64,000 nucleotides of DNA from Spirochaetaceae bacterium (GTDB taxonomy: Bacteria > Spirochaetota > Spirochaetia > DSM-2461), in the NCBI GenBank assembly GCA_051531975.1, contig JAOPTT010000005.1, forward strand, positions 224,001-288,000, in the 5' to 3' direction. Below the pieces are notes generated by a model. It was given only the letters and a program-made list of their open reading frames with translations, did not search any database and had not been told where the DNA came from. A program made the translations under genes and the position numbers. Shown here in pieces: positions 51,450-60,959 of the stretch. Every line of letters begins with the position of its first letter. The first letter of the stretch is position 1.

Positions 51450-52712
51450 ATGGATATATATTTTGGTATCGATTTTGGTACAACAAATACTGTTATTTCT
51501 ATAGCAGGTAAAAAAGATAAAATAATTGATAGTTTCTCGGTTCCTACAATACTTTACATTCCGATGGATGAGAAAGGAATTAATAAGGTTTATATAGGTG
51601 ATGATGCAGTTGAAAGATATAGGATTGAGGGTGATGGAAGATATATACACTCAATTAAAAGATCTTTAATTGATTCTAACTTTAAACATACTGTTATCAA
51701 TTCAGTTAAAGTCTCTCTTGAGAATTTAATAGCAATATTCCTAAAAGAACTTAAAGAGCAAATATACCAAAAATGGGGTATATATCCAGTAAAAATAGCT
51801 TTAGGAAGACCAGTAAAATTTTCTGTAGATGAAGAGCATAATATTCTTGCTAATAACAGACTGCTTGATGGTTTTAAGTTGGCAGGTTTTGATAAAATAT
51901 TACAACTTGAAGAACCCATAGCTGCAACTTATGGAATAGATTCTAATACTAAGATAGAACAAGAAAATGTTTTAGTAATTGATATAGGTGGTGGGACTAC
52001 TGACTTAACATCAATGTATATAAACAACTCAAAAGATGGTATATCAAAATTTGAAGTAATGGATTTAGATGGTATTGATATTGGTGGTGATAATTTTGAT
52101 GAAGATATAATGTTTAAGGTTATAGCTCCATCTCTAGGTTTAAATGAAACCTATAAAAACTATAATAAATCCTATGAATTACCTATACATATTTTTACGG
52201 ATATATGCAAATGGAATATTATTCATAGATTTAATAGAGTAAAATTTCACGAAGAAATTAAAGATTATTTATATGGTTCTAGTAATCCTAAAGCTATAAA
52301 GATGTTAAAAAAAGTTTATACAGAACGACTTTCATCATTAATTTTAAGTATTATAAAAGACGCTAAACATATGTTTACCAGTAATAAGGTAGCTAACATT
52401 GATCTTAGTAACAGTAACTTAGATATATCAACAACACTGTTAAGGGATAGTTTAACAAATATATTGGATAAAAGTTTAGTTAAGATATCAGATATCTTAA
52501 GTGACTTTATGTCAAGAAAAGACGATAAATTTGACAAAATTATAGTAACAGGTGGAAGTTCTAAATTACCTATAGTAAAAAAAATAATAATTGATCTATG
52601 CCATCCTATTTTAATGGAATTTGATGATAATTATTATAGTAGTATATCTAATGGATTGGCTCTTTATTGTAAGTATAGTTATGAGGATAACAGTAGTTTA
52701 AGCAATAAATAA
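51450..52712 (+). CDS. Hsp70-family protein (YegD-like, no peptide-binding domain)
   Basis: GIDFGTTNT, GRPVKF, EEPIAA, DIGGGTTD, GGDNFD, TGGSS. Confidence 0.85.
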   Translation: MDIYFGIDFGTTNTVISIAGKKDKIIDSFSVPTILYIPMDEKGINKVYIGDDAVERYRIEGDGRYIHSIKRSLIDSNFKHTVINSVKVSLENLIAIFLKELKEQIYQKWGIYPVKIALGRPVKFSVDEEHNILANNRLLDGFKLAGFDKILQLEEPIAATYGIDSNTKIEQENVLVIDIGGGTTDLTSMYINNSKDGISKFEVMDLDGIDIGGDNFDEDIMFKVIAPSLGLNETYKNYNKSYELPIHIFTDICKWNIIHRFNRVKFHEEIKDYLYGSSNPKAIKMLKKVYTERLSSLILSIIKDAKHMFTSNKVANIDLSNSNLDISTTLLRDSLTNILDKSLVKISDILSDFMSRKDDKFDKIIVTGGSSKLPIVKKIIIDLCHPILMEFDDNYYSSISNGLALYCKYSYEDNSSLSNK

Positions 52713-52910
52713 CTTATAATACTGATATACCATAAAAACTCCAACAAACAGGAATATGGATGCACTTCTTTTCATGTTTTGTATTTTTTTATCTTGTTCT
52801 ACTTGCTCATCTTCTGTGGAGTTTTTAATTATGCCTTTTACTTTTAAATATAGATATGTACTGTATACAAGTGGTATTAGTGCAACCACAATTGCTAAAA
52901 TTTGTTTCAT
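52698..52910 (-). CDS. Small two-TM membrane protein
   Basis: 70 aa, AAGGA RBS, two hydrophobic segments. Confidence 0.6.
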   Translation of the reverse strand: MKQILAIVVALIPLVYSTYLYLKVKGIIKNSTEDEQVEQDKKIQNMKRSASIFLFVGVFMVYQYYKLFIA

Positions 52911-53037
52911 TTAAGATCCTTAGTTGGTATTTTGATTTAATATACTATATTTTTTTTATTTTGACTAATATATGTATATTAGAAATTTGTAAAAGCAAGA
53001 ATAGAAACATATAATTAATATTAAAAGAGGTTATAAT

Positions 53038-54807
53038 ATGAATATTAGGAAATTATTTTTATTCAGTACTGTTGTTCTTTTTATGTTTAATTTTTTTTCG
53101 TGTACTAAAAAACCTCTAAATGTAGTTGAAGAAGAAAAACCACTATTGGAAATAACAAAAGAGATAACTTTCCCAATTTTTACACCTGAAGAAGAGACTT
53201 ATATCAAAAACTTAAAAATGAAAGACTATCTAAGTGTAGCATCATATATAAGTCCAGGAAGTTTTGAGGTGGATTCAGATGGAAGATTCTCTGGATTTCA
53301 GTATGACTTAACAATGGAGTTTGCAGATTTCCTAGATGTTAAAGTTGAAATACAAACAATTCTATTTTCTGACATATTCTCCATAGACGGGATTATCCCT
53401 GATGATTTAAAAACAGATCCATCTTATACATATGTTCCTGATATTTTTAAAACTACAGATCTTTGTACCGGTTTTTTAACAATTCTTCCTTGGAGATTGC
53501 AGATTATGGAAATGATTTCATATCTACCTGTAAGGCAGATGCTTATCAGTAGAGGAGATAATCCGATAAGACAGTTTTCCGATCTAAAGGGAAAAACCAT
53601 AGGATATGGCAGTGGAACCTCCTATGAAGATACTATGATTAAATTAAACGAAAAGCAAAATAACTCCTTTTCACTAGAGTCCTTTGCCTTCGAGGAAAAC
53701 CTACTTCATGAAGTTAGTGAAGGGAATATTGATGGCACAGTTATTGATCTACAATACCTACTTTTATCATTAAAAAATTATCCAAATCTTGTTGCAGAGC
53801 TACCAGCTGCTGACTCTGAATATGTTTCATGGGGTGTGCAAAAAGGAAATACTCTACTTGCAGGATTAGTTCAGAAGTTTTTAAAATATGCCCATGAGAC
53901 CGGTATTATAGAACGTCTGTTCAGGAAACAATATACAGTTGGACTAGAAGACTACTATTCTCTAATAGAATTTGATGGTGTTGAATTACATGACCTGGAT
54001 CTTACCGCATCTGAAACATTGTGGCTGGATGAGAAAAGGAAAACTGGGAAACTAACAATTGCAACTGTTAATTCAAAAGAAACATATATGGTTAAAGAAG
54101 ATGGAACAGTTATCGGTTTTGATTATAATTTAATCAATAATCTAACACAGATCCTAGGATTACAACTGGATATAAATCTCCAGGAAGATATCACAGGTTT
54201 CTTTGCAAAAGATGGGATATTTGATATCGATGTTACTACAGACCCCAGTATCATATACACTCCCGACTTGCTTAATGAAGTTGATATATATGTAGGACCA
54301 TTCTCTATTGTCCCCTGGCGGGAGAAATTAATGACAATGGTACCTATGATGCCTATGGGACAGGTTCTAGCCGGAAGAGTTGGGGAAGAGATATTTGATA
54401 TTACAGAACTTGATGGAAAAAGGCTCGCCGTACTGGCAGGTTCATATCAGGAAACATTAATTTTAGGATTAATGGATGAAAAAGATTTTACTGTTGAATT
54501 TTCCTATATGGATAGTACAGATGATCCACTGGAATTTGTTAAAGCTGGAAAAGCGGATTATTTATTAGATGGTGCCGTTTATGTGGCAAAAGGTATGAAC
54601 AGTCTTGAAGAGATAGTTGTTTCACCTGTAAAAATTGATCTTGTTACTATCGGTTGGGCAGTTCGTAAAGATAACTGGCGGCTAGTGACGATACTGGAAA
54701 AATACATTAATAAATCCTTAGGCAATGGTAGTTTTGGTCGACTCTGGAAAGAAAACAATGGTGTTGATTTTGAATATTATCTGAATCTTATTAAGGAAAA
54801 CAGATGA
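53038..54807 (+). CDS. Lipoprotein with two tandem family 3 substrate-binding domains
   Basis: Lipobox FFSC; internal repeat (GFQYDL/GFDYNL, TDPSYTYVPD/TDPSIIYTPD, ILPWR/IVPWR). Confidence 0.78.
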   Translation: MNIRKLFLFSTVVLFMFNFFSCTKKPLNVVEEEKPLLEITKEITFPIFTPEEETYIKNLKMKDYLSVASYISPGSFEVDSDGRFSGFQYDLTMEFADFLDVKVEIQTILFSDIFSIDGIIPDDLKTDPSYTYVPDIFKTTDLCTGFLTILPWRLQIMEMISYLPVRQMLISRGDNPIRQFSDLKGKTIGYGSGTSYEDTMIKLNEKQNNSFSLESFAFEENLLHEVSEGNIDGTVIDLQYLLLSLKNYPNLVAELPAADSEYVSWGVQKGNTLLAGLVQKFLKYAHETGIIERLFRKQYTVGLEDYYSLIEFDGVELHDLDLTASETLWLDEKRKTGKLTIATVNSKETYMVKEDGTVIGFDYNLINNLTQILGLQLDINLQEDITGFFAKDGIFDIDVTTDPSIIYTPDLLNEVDIYVGPFSIVPWREKLMTMVPMMPMGQVLAGRVGEEIFDITELDGKRLAVLAGSYQETLILGLMDEKDFTVEFSYMDSTDDPLEFVKAGKADYLLDGAVYVAKGMNSLEEIVVSPVKIDLVTIGWAVRKDNWRLVTILEKYINKSLGNGSFGRLWKENNGVDFEYYLNLIKENR

Positions 54808-56315
54808 AATTCAGATTAAAACTACAGATGGCAGTCCTTCCCTTTATCATTTTACCAATTATACTCGCTGGTTATATCTATTCAAGTATTGGCCGTGATA
54901 TGTTACGAGAAAGACAATCTGAAATACTTCAACTGCGGCTGGATTCATTATACCGTTTTGCAGAAGATGAATATACATCTCTTAAAGATCTTGGCTTAGC
55001 TAATAGCAATTTTTTTAATAATAAATCCTGGAAATCAGTTGAGCAGTTTGCGACTCAATTACAGGTTCCAGGAGACCCTTTATTTATTATCAGAGCAGAG
55101 GACAACCAATTTGATCTATCTGGAGAATCTGGTTTCAGAATAGAACAATCAGATCTCTTTGGTGACAATAAAGTACATTTTTATTATTACAGAACATACT
55201 CTGAATGGAATATGATTCTGATCTCTGCAACGGTGGAACAATCTATATATAAATCCATAGAAAACGCTACAAGATTATTTATCCTTTTCTCATTGGTCAA
55301 TCTTCTATTGTCTATTATTATTGTTTTTGTGATTTCCAATAGGATAACAAAACCAATGGAAAAACTCACTGTTTTGGCAAAAGAGATGGCAAATCACAAC
55401 CTATCGGTCAGGGCAGAAATTAGTAGCAACGATGAAATAGGTCTTTTATCTGAAAATTTTAATATCATGGTAGAAAGGCTAGAAGAGTCGACAAAATATC
55501 TTGAAGATAAAGTTGAAATTAGAACAAAAGAACTTCTCAATTCCTTAAATAAATTACAAGTTACACAAAAACAACTGGTTGAAGCTGAAAAGATGGCCTC
55601 TTTGGGATCTCTTGTTGCAGCAATATCACATGAGATAAACACTCCAATTGGAATTGGGATTACAGCTATATCCTATCTGGAAGGCTATTTAAAGAAAGTC
55701 CATAATCAATTTTTACAGGAGAGTTTGAAAAAATCTGATTTAGATATAATGTTTTTGAAATGTATGGAATCTTCAGTTATTGCTCTTAACAGCCTACAAA
55801 GGGCGGGACAACTTGTATCCACATTTAAAAAAGTGGCTGTGGATCAACACATTGAGGAAAAATCCCTTTTAAATATGAAAGAGCAAATGGAAAATGTATT
55901 ATTAACATTAAAGCCCAATCTAAATAAAACTAGGGTATCTGTCACCATAAAAGCTGATTCCCAATTGGAACTTTACAGTTATCCTGGAGCAATATGGCAG
56001 GTAACCTCTAACATTATTCTCAATGCCCTTGTTCACGCCTTTGAACCTGCGGACAAGGGATCTATAATTATTTCATTGAAAGAAATTGACTCAACAATAG
56101 AATTAAGTATTTCAGATAATGGTAAAGGGATTCCTGAATCTGAAATATCAAAAGTTTTTGATCCTTTTTATACGACAAAACGTCATAAAGGTGGGACTGG
56201 GCTTGGTCTGAATATTGTCTATAATATTGTCACACAACTGTTTAAAGGGACCATTAAATGTTCCAGTGTTGTTGGTGATGGGACAATCTTTACCATATCC
56301 TTCCCTATAGATTAA
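54804..56315 (+). CDS. HAMP-domain sensor histidine kinase
   Basis: Two TMs, DEIGLLSENFNIM, SHEINTP, DNGKG, GTGLG; ATGA overlap. Confidence 0.92.
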   Translation: MKFRLKLQMAVLPFIILPIILAGYIYSSIGRDMLRERQSEILQLRLDSLYRFAEDEYTSLKDLGLANSNFFNNKSWKSVEQFATQLQVPGDPLFIIRAEDNQFDLSGESGFRIEQSDLFGDNKVHFYYYRTYSEWNMILISATVEQSIYKSIENATRLFILFSLVNLLLSIIIVFVISNRITKPMEKLTVLAKEMANHNLSVRAEISSNDEIGLLSENFNIMVERLEESTKYLEDKVEIRTKELLNSLNKLQVTQKQLVEAEKMASLGSLVAAISHEINTPIGIGITAISYLEGYLKKVHNQFLQESLKKSDLDIMFLKCMESSVIALNSLQRAGQLVSTFKKVAVDQHIEEKSLLNMKEQMENVLLTLKPNLNKTRVSVTIKADSQLELYSYPGAIWQVTSNIILNALVHAFEPADKGSIIISLKEIDSTIELSISDNGKGIPESEISKVFDPFYTTKRHKGGTGLGLNIVYNIVTQLFKGTIKCSSVVGDGTIFTISFPID

Positions 56316-56332
56316 GCAGGTAAATTAATCCT

Positions 56333-57130
56333 TTATATTCTATCTTTATAAGCCTTGAAAAACAGATCTCCAGGGATCTTAGGACTTGTACCAACCGGAG
56401 TCTGCTTTAATATTGAAACTATAGATGAATCAAAGGTTATACTCTCTCTGATTATTTTAGCAGCTTCATCTGGATTTCTCGTTTCGATAGCTAAAATGAA
56501 TCTGTTTATGATTAAACTTTCTAGTTTAATCATCTGCTCTGTATCATCTTCTTCTTCTATATTCTCCGTTGATACATCTCTAAATTTACGAAGACTTACA
56601 AGCACATCACCTAATAAAATTATTAATTTATTATGAGTGCTTATAAAAATAGTACTCATAAATAGAGCAAATGCTAATTTAGTTTTATCAAAGTCATCAT
56701 TAACATGTTTTTCAAATAGATCCAGGTAGTTTTTTCCAGCTTCTTTAATATTTGTAATATCTTTCTCTGTTGCTTCTGTTGCTGAAATAGATATTATCTG
56801 AGGTAAAAATATAGATTCAAATTGTTCAACATCCCAGGCAGTCGCGTTATCCCGTCTTAAACTTGTAAGTAGTGCATCAGTAAAAGCCTCAGTTTGGGAA
56901 CTGGATACATACATTCCTTTACCATGTTTAATAACAATAAGACCCTGGCCTTTTAACATTCTTACTGCATCCCTAATAACAGCTCTACTAACTCCAAACT
57001 GCTTCTCGAGTTCAGGTTCAGTAGGTAGAGGACTTCCTGCATCTAGTTCTCCACTTAATATAGACTCTTTTATTGCTTTAAACACTTTTTCAGGCAGTGT
57101 TTCCCGTATCCCAATTTTTTCAAAACTCAT
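56333..57130 (-). CDS. FadR/GntR-family regulator
   Basis: LPTEPELEKQFGVSRAVIRDAV...HGKGMYV. Confidence 0.88.
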   Translation of the reverse strand: MSFEKIGIRETLPEKVFKAIKESILSGELDAGSPLPTEPELEKQFGVSRAVIRDAVRMLKGQGLIVIKHGKGMYVSSSQTEAFTDALLTSLRRDNATAWDVEQFESIFLPQIISISATEATEKDITNIKEAGKNYLDLFEKHVNDDFDKTKLAFALFMSTIFISTHNKLIILLGDVLVSLRKFRDVSTENIEEEDDTEQMIKLESLIINRFILAIETRNPDEAAKIIRESITFDSSIVSILKQTPVGTSPKIPGDLFFKAYKDRI

Positions 57131-58380
57131 TTCGATGTCCTTTTTTTACCCAAGGGTATTATTAAATATAATACTGCAGATATCATAATTATTATAGAAG
57201 CTACTATCCATGCAACTTTTATTGAGTATGTATGAGCTAGGTATCCATTAATAATCGATCCTGTAATGCCTCCTGCCTGCATAAAGAGTGATGAGAAAGA
57301 GAGCATCGTTGATCTTTTATCACTTGGTATTTCTTTATTAAACAGAGCACTTTCCGGGGAATTCTGCACACCATTAAACATAAAGAGTGTAATATAAAAA
57401 ATTGAAAATGGAATTATCCCATTCTGATACGCCAGGATGAAATATAGAATTCCCATTATTAATCTAGATGAAAAAAGAACCAAAACATAGTTATTTTTAA
57501 AAATACGACAGATTGGGTTTACTATTATATTTCCTAAACCCGCTGCAATAAAATAACCACATGTTAATAATCCAAATATCCATGTCCCAGTATCAGCACT
57601 TATAATACTTTTTACCTGTGGCTGCCATAGTTGTTCCAGTCCGGATATAGAGAAGCCCCATACAAATCCTGCTATTAATAGTATTAATATCACTTGGTGT
57701 TTAAGTCCATATTTTATGGATATTTCAATAACCTCAGGAATTTTTTTGAATCCGGCCATTATGGTATTATCTCTACCTTTAATTTTTTCCTCTTTTATTA
57801 AAATTGTAGTTAATAGATACTGAACTATTGCAGCTAATATCAAAGCTATGTAGTTTGATGAATATACACTGTCTAGAAATGTATTTTTTGTTAATACTCC
57901 AAGAGTCATGGGAAGATATCCACCCAGTAGAGATCCAATTCCTAGTGCAATAGGGATAAATACTCCAATTTTTGACATTTGTTTCTGCAGATTTACATCT
58001 GGGTCAATTTTATAAAACTCATCAATAAAGTAGGCATCCATAGTTCCTGAGGATAGGGCACGGGATGCTCCCTGAAATACAAAACATACTAATATCCCAT
58101 AAAATCCATTTGCAAGTATTAAAGCAATTGATCCAATTATCTGAAAAATAAGTGATATCTGATAGACCTTTTTTCGGCCTATAGTATCGGATAAACCTCC
58201 TGTTGGAAGCTCCAAAAGTGCTACAGTTCCACCATATACTGCAAACGCAATACCTACCTGTATTAATGTAAATCCTTTTTCAATTAAAAAAAGTGTCATT
58301 ACTGGAATAATTATACCAACAATGAACCAATGAAACCCCATATTTAAGCATGCTAGATTAGAAACTCGTTTAATAGTCAT
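57127..58380 (-). CDS. MFS transporter
   Basis: ELPTGGLSDTIGRK motif A, about 12 TMs, IPSDKRSTMLS; ATGA overlap with the regulator. Confidence 0.88.
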   Translation of the reverse strand: MTIKRVSNLACLNMGFHWFIVGIIIPVMTLFLIEKGFTLIQVGIAFAVYGGTVALLELPTGGLSDTIGRKKVYQISLIFQIIGSIALILANGFYGILVCFVFQGASRALSSGTMDAYFIDEFYKIDPDVNLQKQMSKIGVFIPIALGIGSLLGGYLPMTLGVLTKNTFLDSVYSSNYIALILAAIVQYLLTTILIKEEKIKGRDNTIMAGFKKIPEVIEISIKYGLKHQVILILLIAGFVWGFSISGLEQLWQPQVKSIISADTGTWIFGLLTCGYFIAAGLGNIIVNPICRIFKNNYVLVLFSSRLIMGILYFILAYQNGIIPFSIFYITLFMFNGVQNSPESALFNKEIPSDKRSTMLSFSSLFMQAGGITGSIINGYLAHTYSIKVAWIVASIIIMISAVLYLIIPLGKKRTSK

Positions 58381-58394
58381 AATATCTCCTTGTT

Positions 58395-58420
58395 ATGACA
58401 TCATCATGTCATCATATGAC
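58395..58420 (-). promoter_or_regulatory. Palindromic operator candidate for the MFS-FadR operon
   Basis: ATGACAT-CATC-ATGTCAT 58395-58412 overlapping GTCAT-CAT-ATGAC 58408-58420. Confidence 0.5.
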
Positions 58421-58538
58421 TAGAATAACACAGAATAACTTATACGTCAATTCTAGGTATCCCATTGCTTTCAAATAATTTGAATAAATCCATATATCTT
58501 TTATTTATCATAATTTGTAAATGTTATATAGTAATCAG

Positions 58539-58823
58539 ATGAAAAGGTTTCTTGGAATAATATTAATTATACCAATTCGCATATATAAATTACTTATATC
58601 ACCACTATTACCTCCTAGTTGTATCTATCATCCCTCGTGTTCTAGTTATTGTATCGAAGGTATAAAGACCCATGGCCCATTCAGAGGTTTCTTATATGGT
58701 TTATTAAGAATCTTAAGGTGTAGCCCTTTTTTTAAAGGTGGTTATGATCCTATATCTGAGCCAACTACTATAAAGAAACAATTTGGAAAATTCAGAGAAT
58801 TTCGGAGAAAAGAGAAAATATGA
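58539..58823 (+). CDS. yidD: Membrane protein insertion efficiency factor YidD
   Basis: YKLLISPLLPPSCIYHPSCSSY...RILRCSPFFKGGYDP. Confidence 0.9.
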   Translation: MKRFLGIILIIPIRIYKLLISPLLPPSCIYHPSCSSYCIEGIKTHGPFRGFLYGLLRILRCSPFFKGGYDPISEPTTIKKQFGKFREFRRKEKI

Positions 58824-59662
58824 AAAATATAACACGTGAAATTATATATAAATCACTTTACGATTCTGTCCTAAATGCAGGTGTAATATTACCAGATGAT
58901 GTAAACGATAAAATTATAGAATCTGCCAAAAGTGAAACAGGTCTATCTAAAACAGTGTTATCTAGTATTGTGGAGAATTTAGAGTGTGCAAAAAAAAATT
59001 GTCTGCCTATGTGCCAAGATACTGGAATGGTTTTACTATTTGTTGAGATAGGTAGAGAACTTAATTTAAGTGGTATTAACTTAGAAGAAGTTATTAATGC
59101 GGCTGTAGCTGATGCATATAAAGATGGATCATTTAGGAAATCTATTGTATTAGATCCATTAAATGGAAGAGTAAATAGCAAAACTAATCTTCCTGCAATT
59201 ATATATTATGACTTTATATCTGGAGATAAACTAAAGATCCAGGGAGTATTAAAAGGTTTTGGTTCCGAGAACTGTAGTAAAGTTTTTATGCTTAAACCAA
59301 CAGAAGGTAGATCTAAAGTAATAGAAGTCGTTCTTGAAACAATTAAAAGTGCAGGGGGATCACCATGTCCACCAACTGTATTAGGAATTGGAATTGGTGG
59401 AACAATGGATTATGCTGGAAAGCTATCAAAAAAAGCTCTTTTAAGAGAAATTGACGATGTTAACCCAGACCCATATTATAATGAGTTAGAAATAGAACTA
59501 CTTAGAAAAGTTAACGCATTAAATATTGGTCCTGGTGGATTAGGTGGAGGTGTTACATCTCTTGGAGTAAAAATTGAACACTATCCTACACATATCGCAG
59601 GTCTACCTGTAGCAATAAGTGTTAACTGTTGGGCAGATAGAAAAGTAAAGGTTGAATTATAA
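58820..59662 (+). CDS. Fe-S class I fumarate hydratase (tartrate dehydratase-like) alpha subunit
   Basis: PMCQDTG, KGFGSEN, GSPCPP, GPGGLGG, HIAGLPV, CWADR. Confidence 0.92.
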   Translation: MKNITREIIYKSLYDSVLNAGVILPDDVNDKIIESAKSETGLSKTVLSSIVENLECAKKNCLPMCQDTGMVLLFVEIGRELNLSGINLEEVINAAVADAYKDGSFRKSIVLDPLNGRVNSKTNLPAIIYYDFISGDKLKIQGVLKGFGSENCSKVFMLKPTEGRSKVIEVVLETIKSAGGSPCPPTVLGIGIGGTMDYAGKLSKKALLREIDDVNPDPYYNELEIELLRKVNALNIGPGGLGGGVTSLGVKIEHYPTHIAGLPVAISVNCWADRKVKVEL

Positions 59663-60183
59663 TGAAAAAGATTAAATTACCCCTAACAGATAATATAATT
59701 GAAGATCTTAAAATGGGGGATGAGGTTCTGCTATCTGGTTCTATTTTAGTTGGTAGAGATCAGGCACATAAAAGACTATGTGATCTATTACTAGAAAAAA
59801 AAGAACTACCTGTAAACCTAAAGGGACAAGTCATATATTACATGGGTCCATCTCCAGCTCCAGAGGGAGATATTATCGGGGCTTGTGGTCCAACCACTTC
59901 TTCAAGAATGGATGCATTTGCACCAACACTAATGGATATTGGGCTAAAAGGTATGATTGGAAAAGGTCCTAGATATGGGGATGTTGTTGAATCTATAGTT
60001 AAGAATAAAAGTATATATTTTTACTCATTTGGTGGATGTGGAGCACTTTATGCTGGAAAAGTGAAAAGTAGTACTGTTGTGGCATTTAATGAATTGGGAC
60101 CAGAAGCAATTAGAGAACTAATCGTTGAGGATTTTCCAGTAATTGTTGCAATAGATTCTAAGGGTAATAATATTTATAATTAA
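59662..60183 (+). CDS. Fe-S class I fumarate hydratase beta subunit
   Basis: GRDQAHKR, GPTTSSRMD, MIGKG, LGPEAI, DSKGN. Confidence 0.92.
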   Translation: MKKIKLPLTDNIIEDLKMGDEVLLSGSILVGRDQAHKRLCDLLLEKKELPVNLKGQVIYYMGPSPAPEGDIIGACGPTTSSRMDAFAPTLMDIGLKGMIGKGPRYGDVVESIVKNKSIYFYSFGGCGALYAGKVKSSTVVAFNELGPEAIRELIVEDFPVIVAIDSKGNNIYN

Positions 60184-60872
60184 GTATGAAAAACCTTATT
60201 TAAATCTACTCTTTTACTAAAAACAAAATGAATATATAGCAAAAACATTGCTATTGGAGTTAATGATGCAAAAGGGATTATGGACCATGTAATATGCATT
60301 TCCCCATATATAAAATTTTGTATTATTAAGTCTACAAAAACATTAAATATTGCAATCGCTATTAGTATATAACCTGCTAAATTAAAACCATGGGCACCAC
60401 TTTTTTTAGTTATTATAATTACAGTAAAGGATAAAACTGAGGCTGAAATACTAATTGGTAATGAGATCATTAGAAAGAAATTTTTAACAGGAATAAATAT
60501 ATCTAGAACAAATAACAGCGCCAAAGATAATAACAGAATTAAACCTATTTTAATAAGACCTTTTGTATATAGAGACACTGTGGTTATTAATGCCATTGTT
60601 ATAACAGTTGTTATGGGGTATATCGACCAATTTATACTTTTGTCTAAAAGAAGATCAATTGTTAAACATATTGATGAAACTAATACAGCAAAGAATATTG
60701 TACTTATATTAAAAATTTCAACCTTTATAGATTTTGGCAGGTCTAATTTTTTTTGCTCAGAATCAACAGAGTGGCTAAATGGGACTTTGTGGATATCTTG
60801 TTTAATTATATATGAACATAGTGGACAATTGTTGCTTTCTACTTCAACACCACATTGGGGACAGTACGGCAT
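60180..60872 (-). CDS. Membrane protein with N-terminal zinc ribbon (DUF6320-like)
   Basis: MPYCPQCGVE...CPLC followed by about 6 TMs. Confidence 0.7.
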   Translation of the reverse strand: MPYCPQCGVEVESNNCPLCSYIIKQDIHKVPFSHSVDSEQKKLDLPKSIKVEIFNISTIFFAVLVSSICLTIDLLLDKSINWSIYPITTVITMALITTVSLYTKGLIKIGLILLLSLALLFVLDIFIPVKNFFLMISLPISISASVLSFTVIIITKKSGAHGFNLAGYILIAIAIFNVFVDLIIQNFIYGEMHITWSIIPFASLTPIAMFLLYIHFVFSKRVDLNKVFHT

Positions 60873-60959
60873 ACCTAAATACTAGCACCATTTTTTTTAA
60901 TTATCTATAAATAAAAGAATTTCTTTGTAATATTTCTCATTAAATACAATAATCTATGT

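Noticed and set aside
51450..52712. dnaK
   Set aside because: Only about 420 aa, no substrate-binding domain, no grpE/dnaJ nearby
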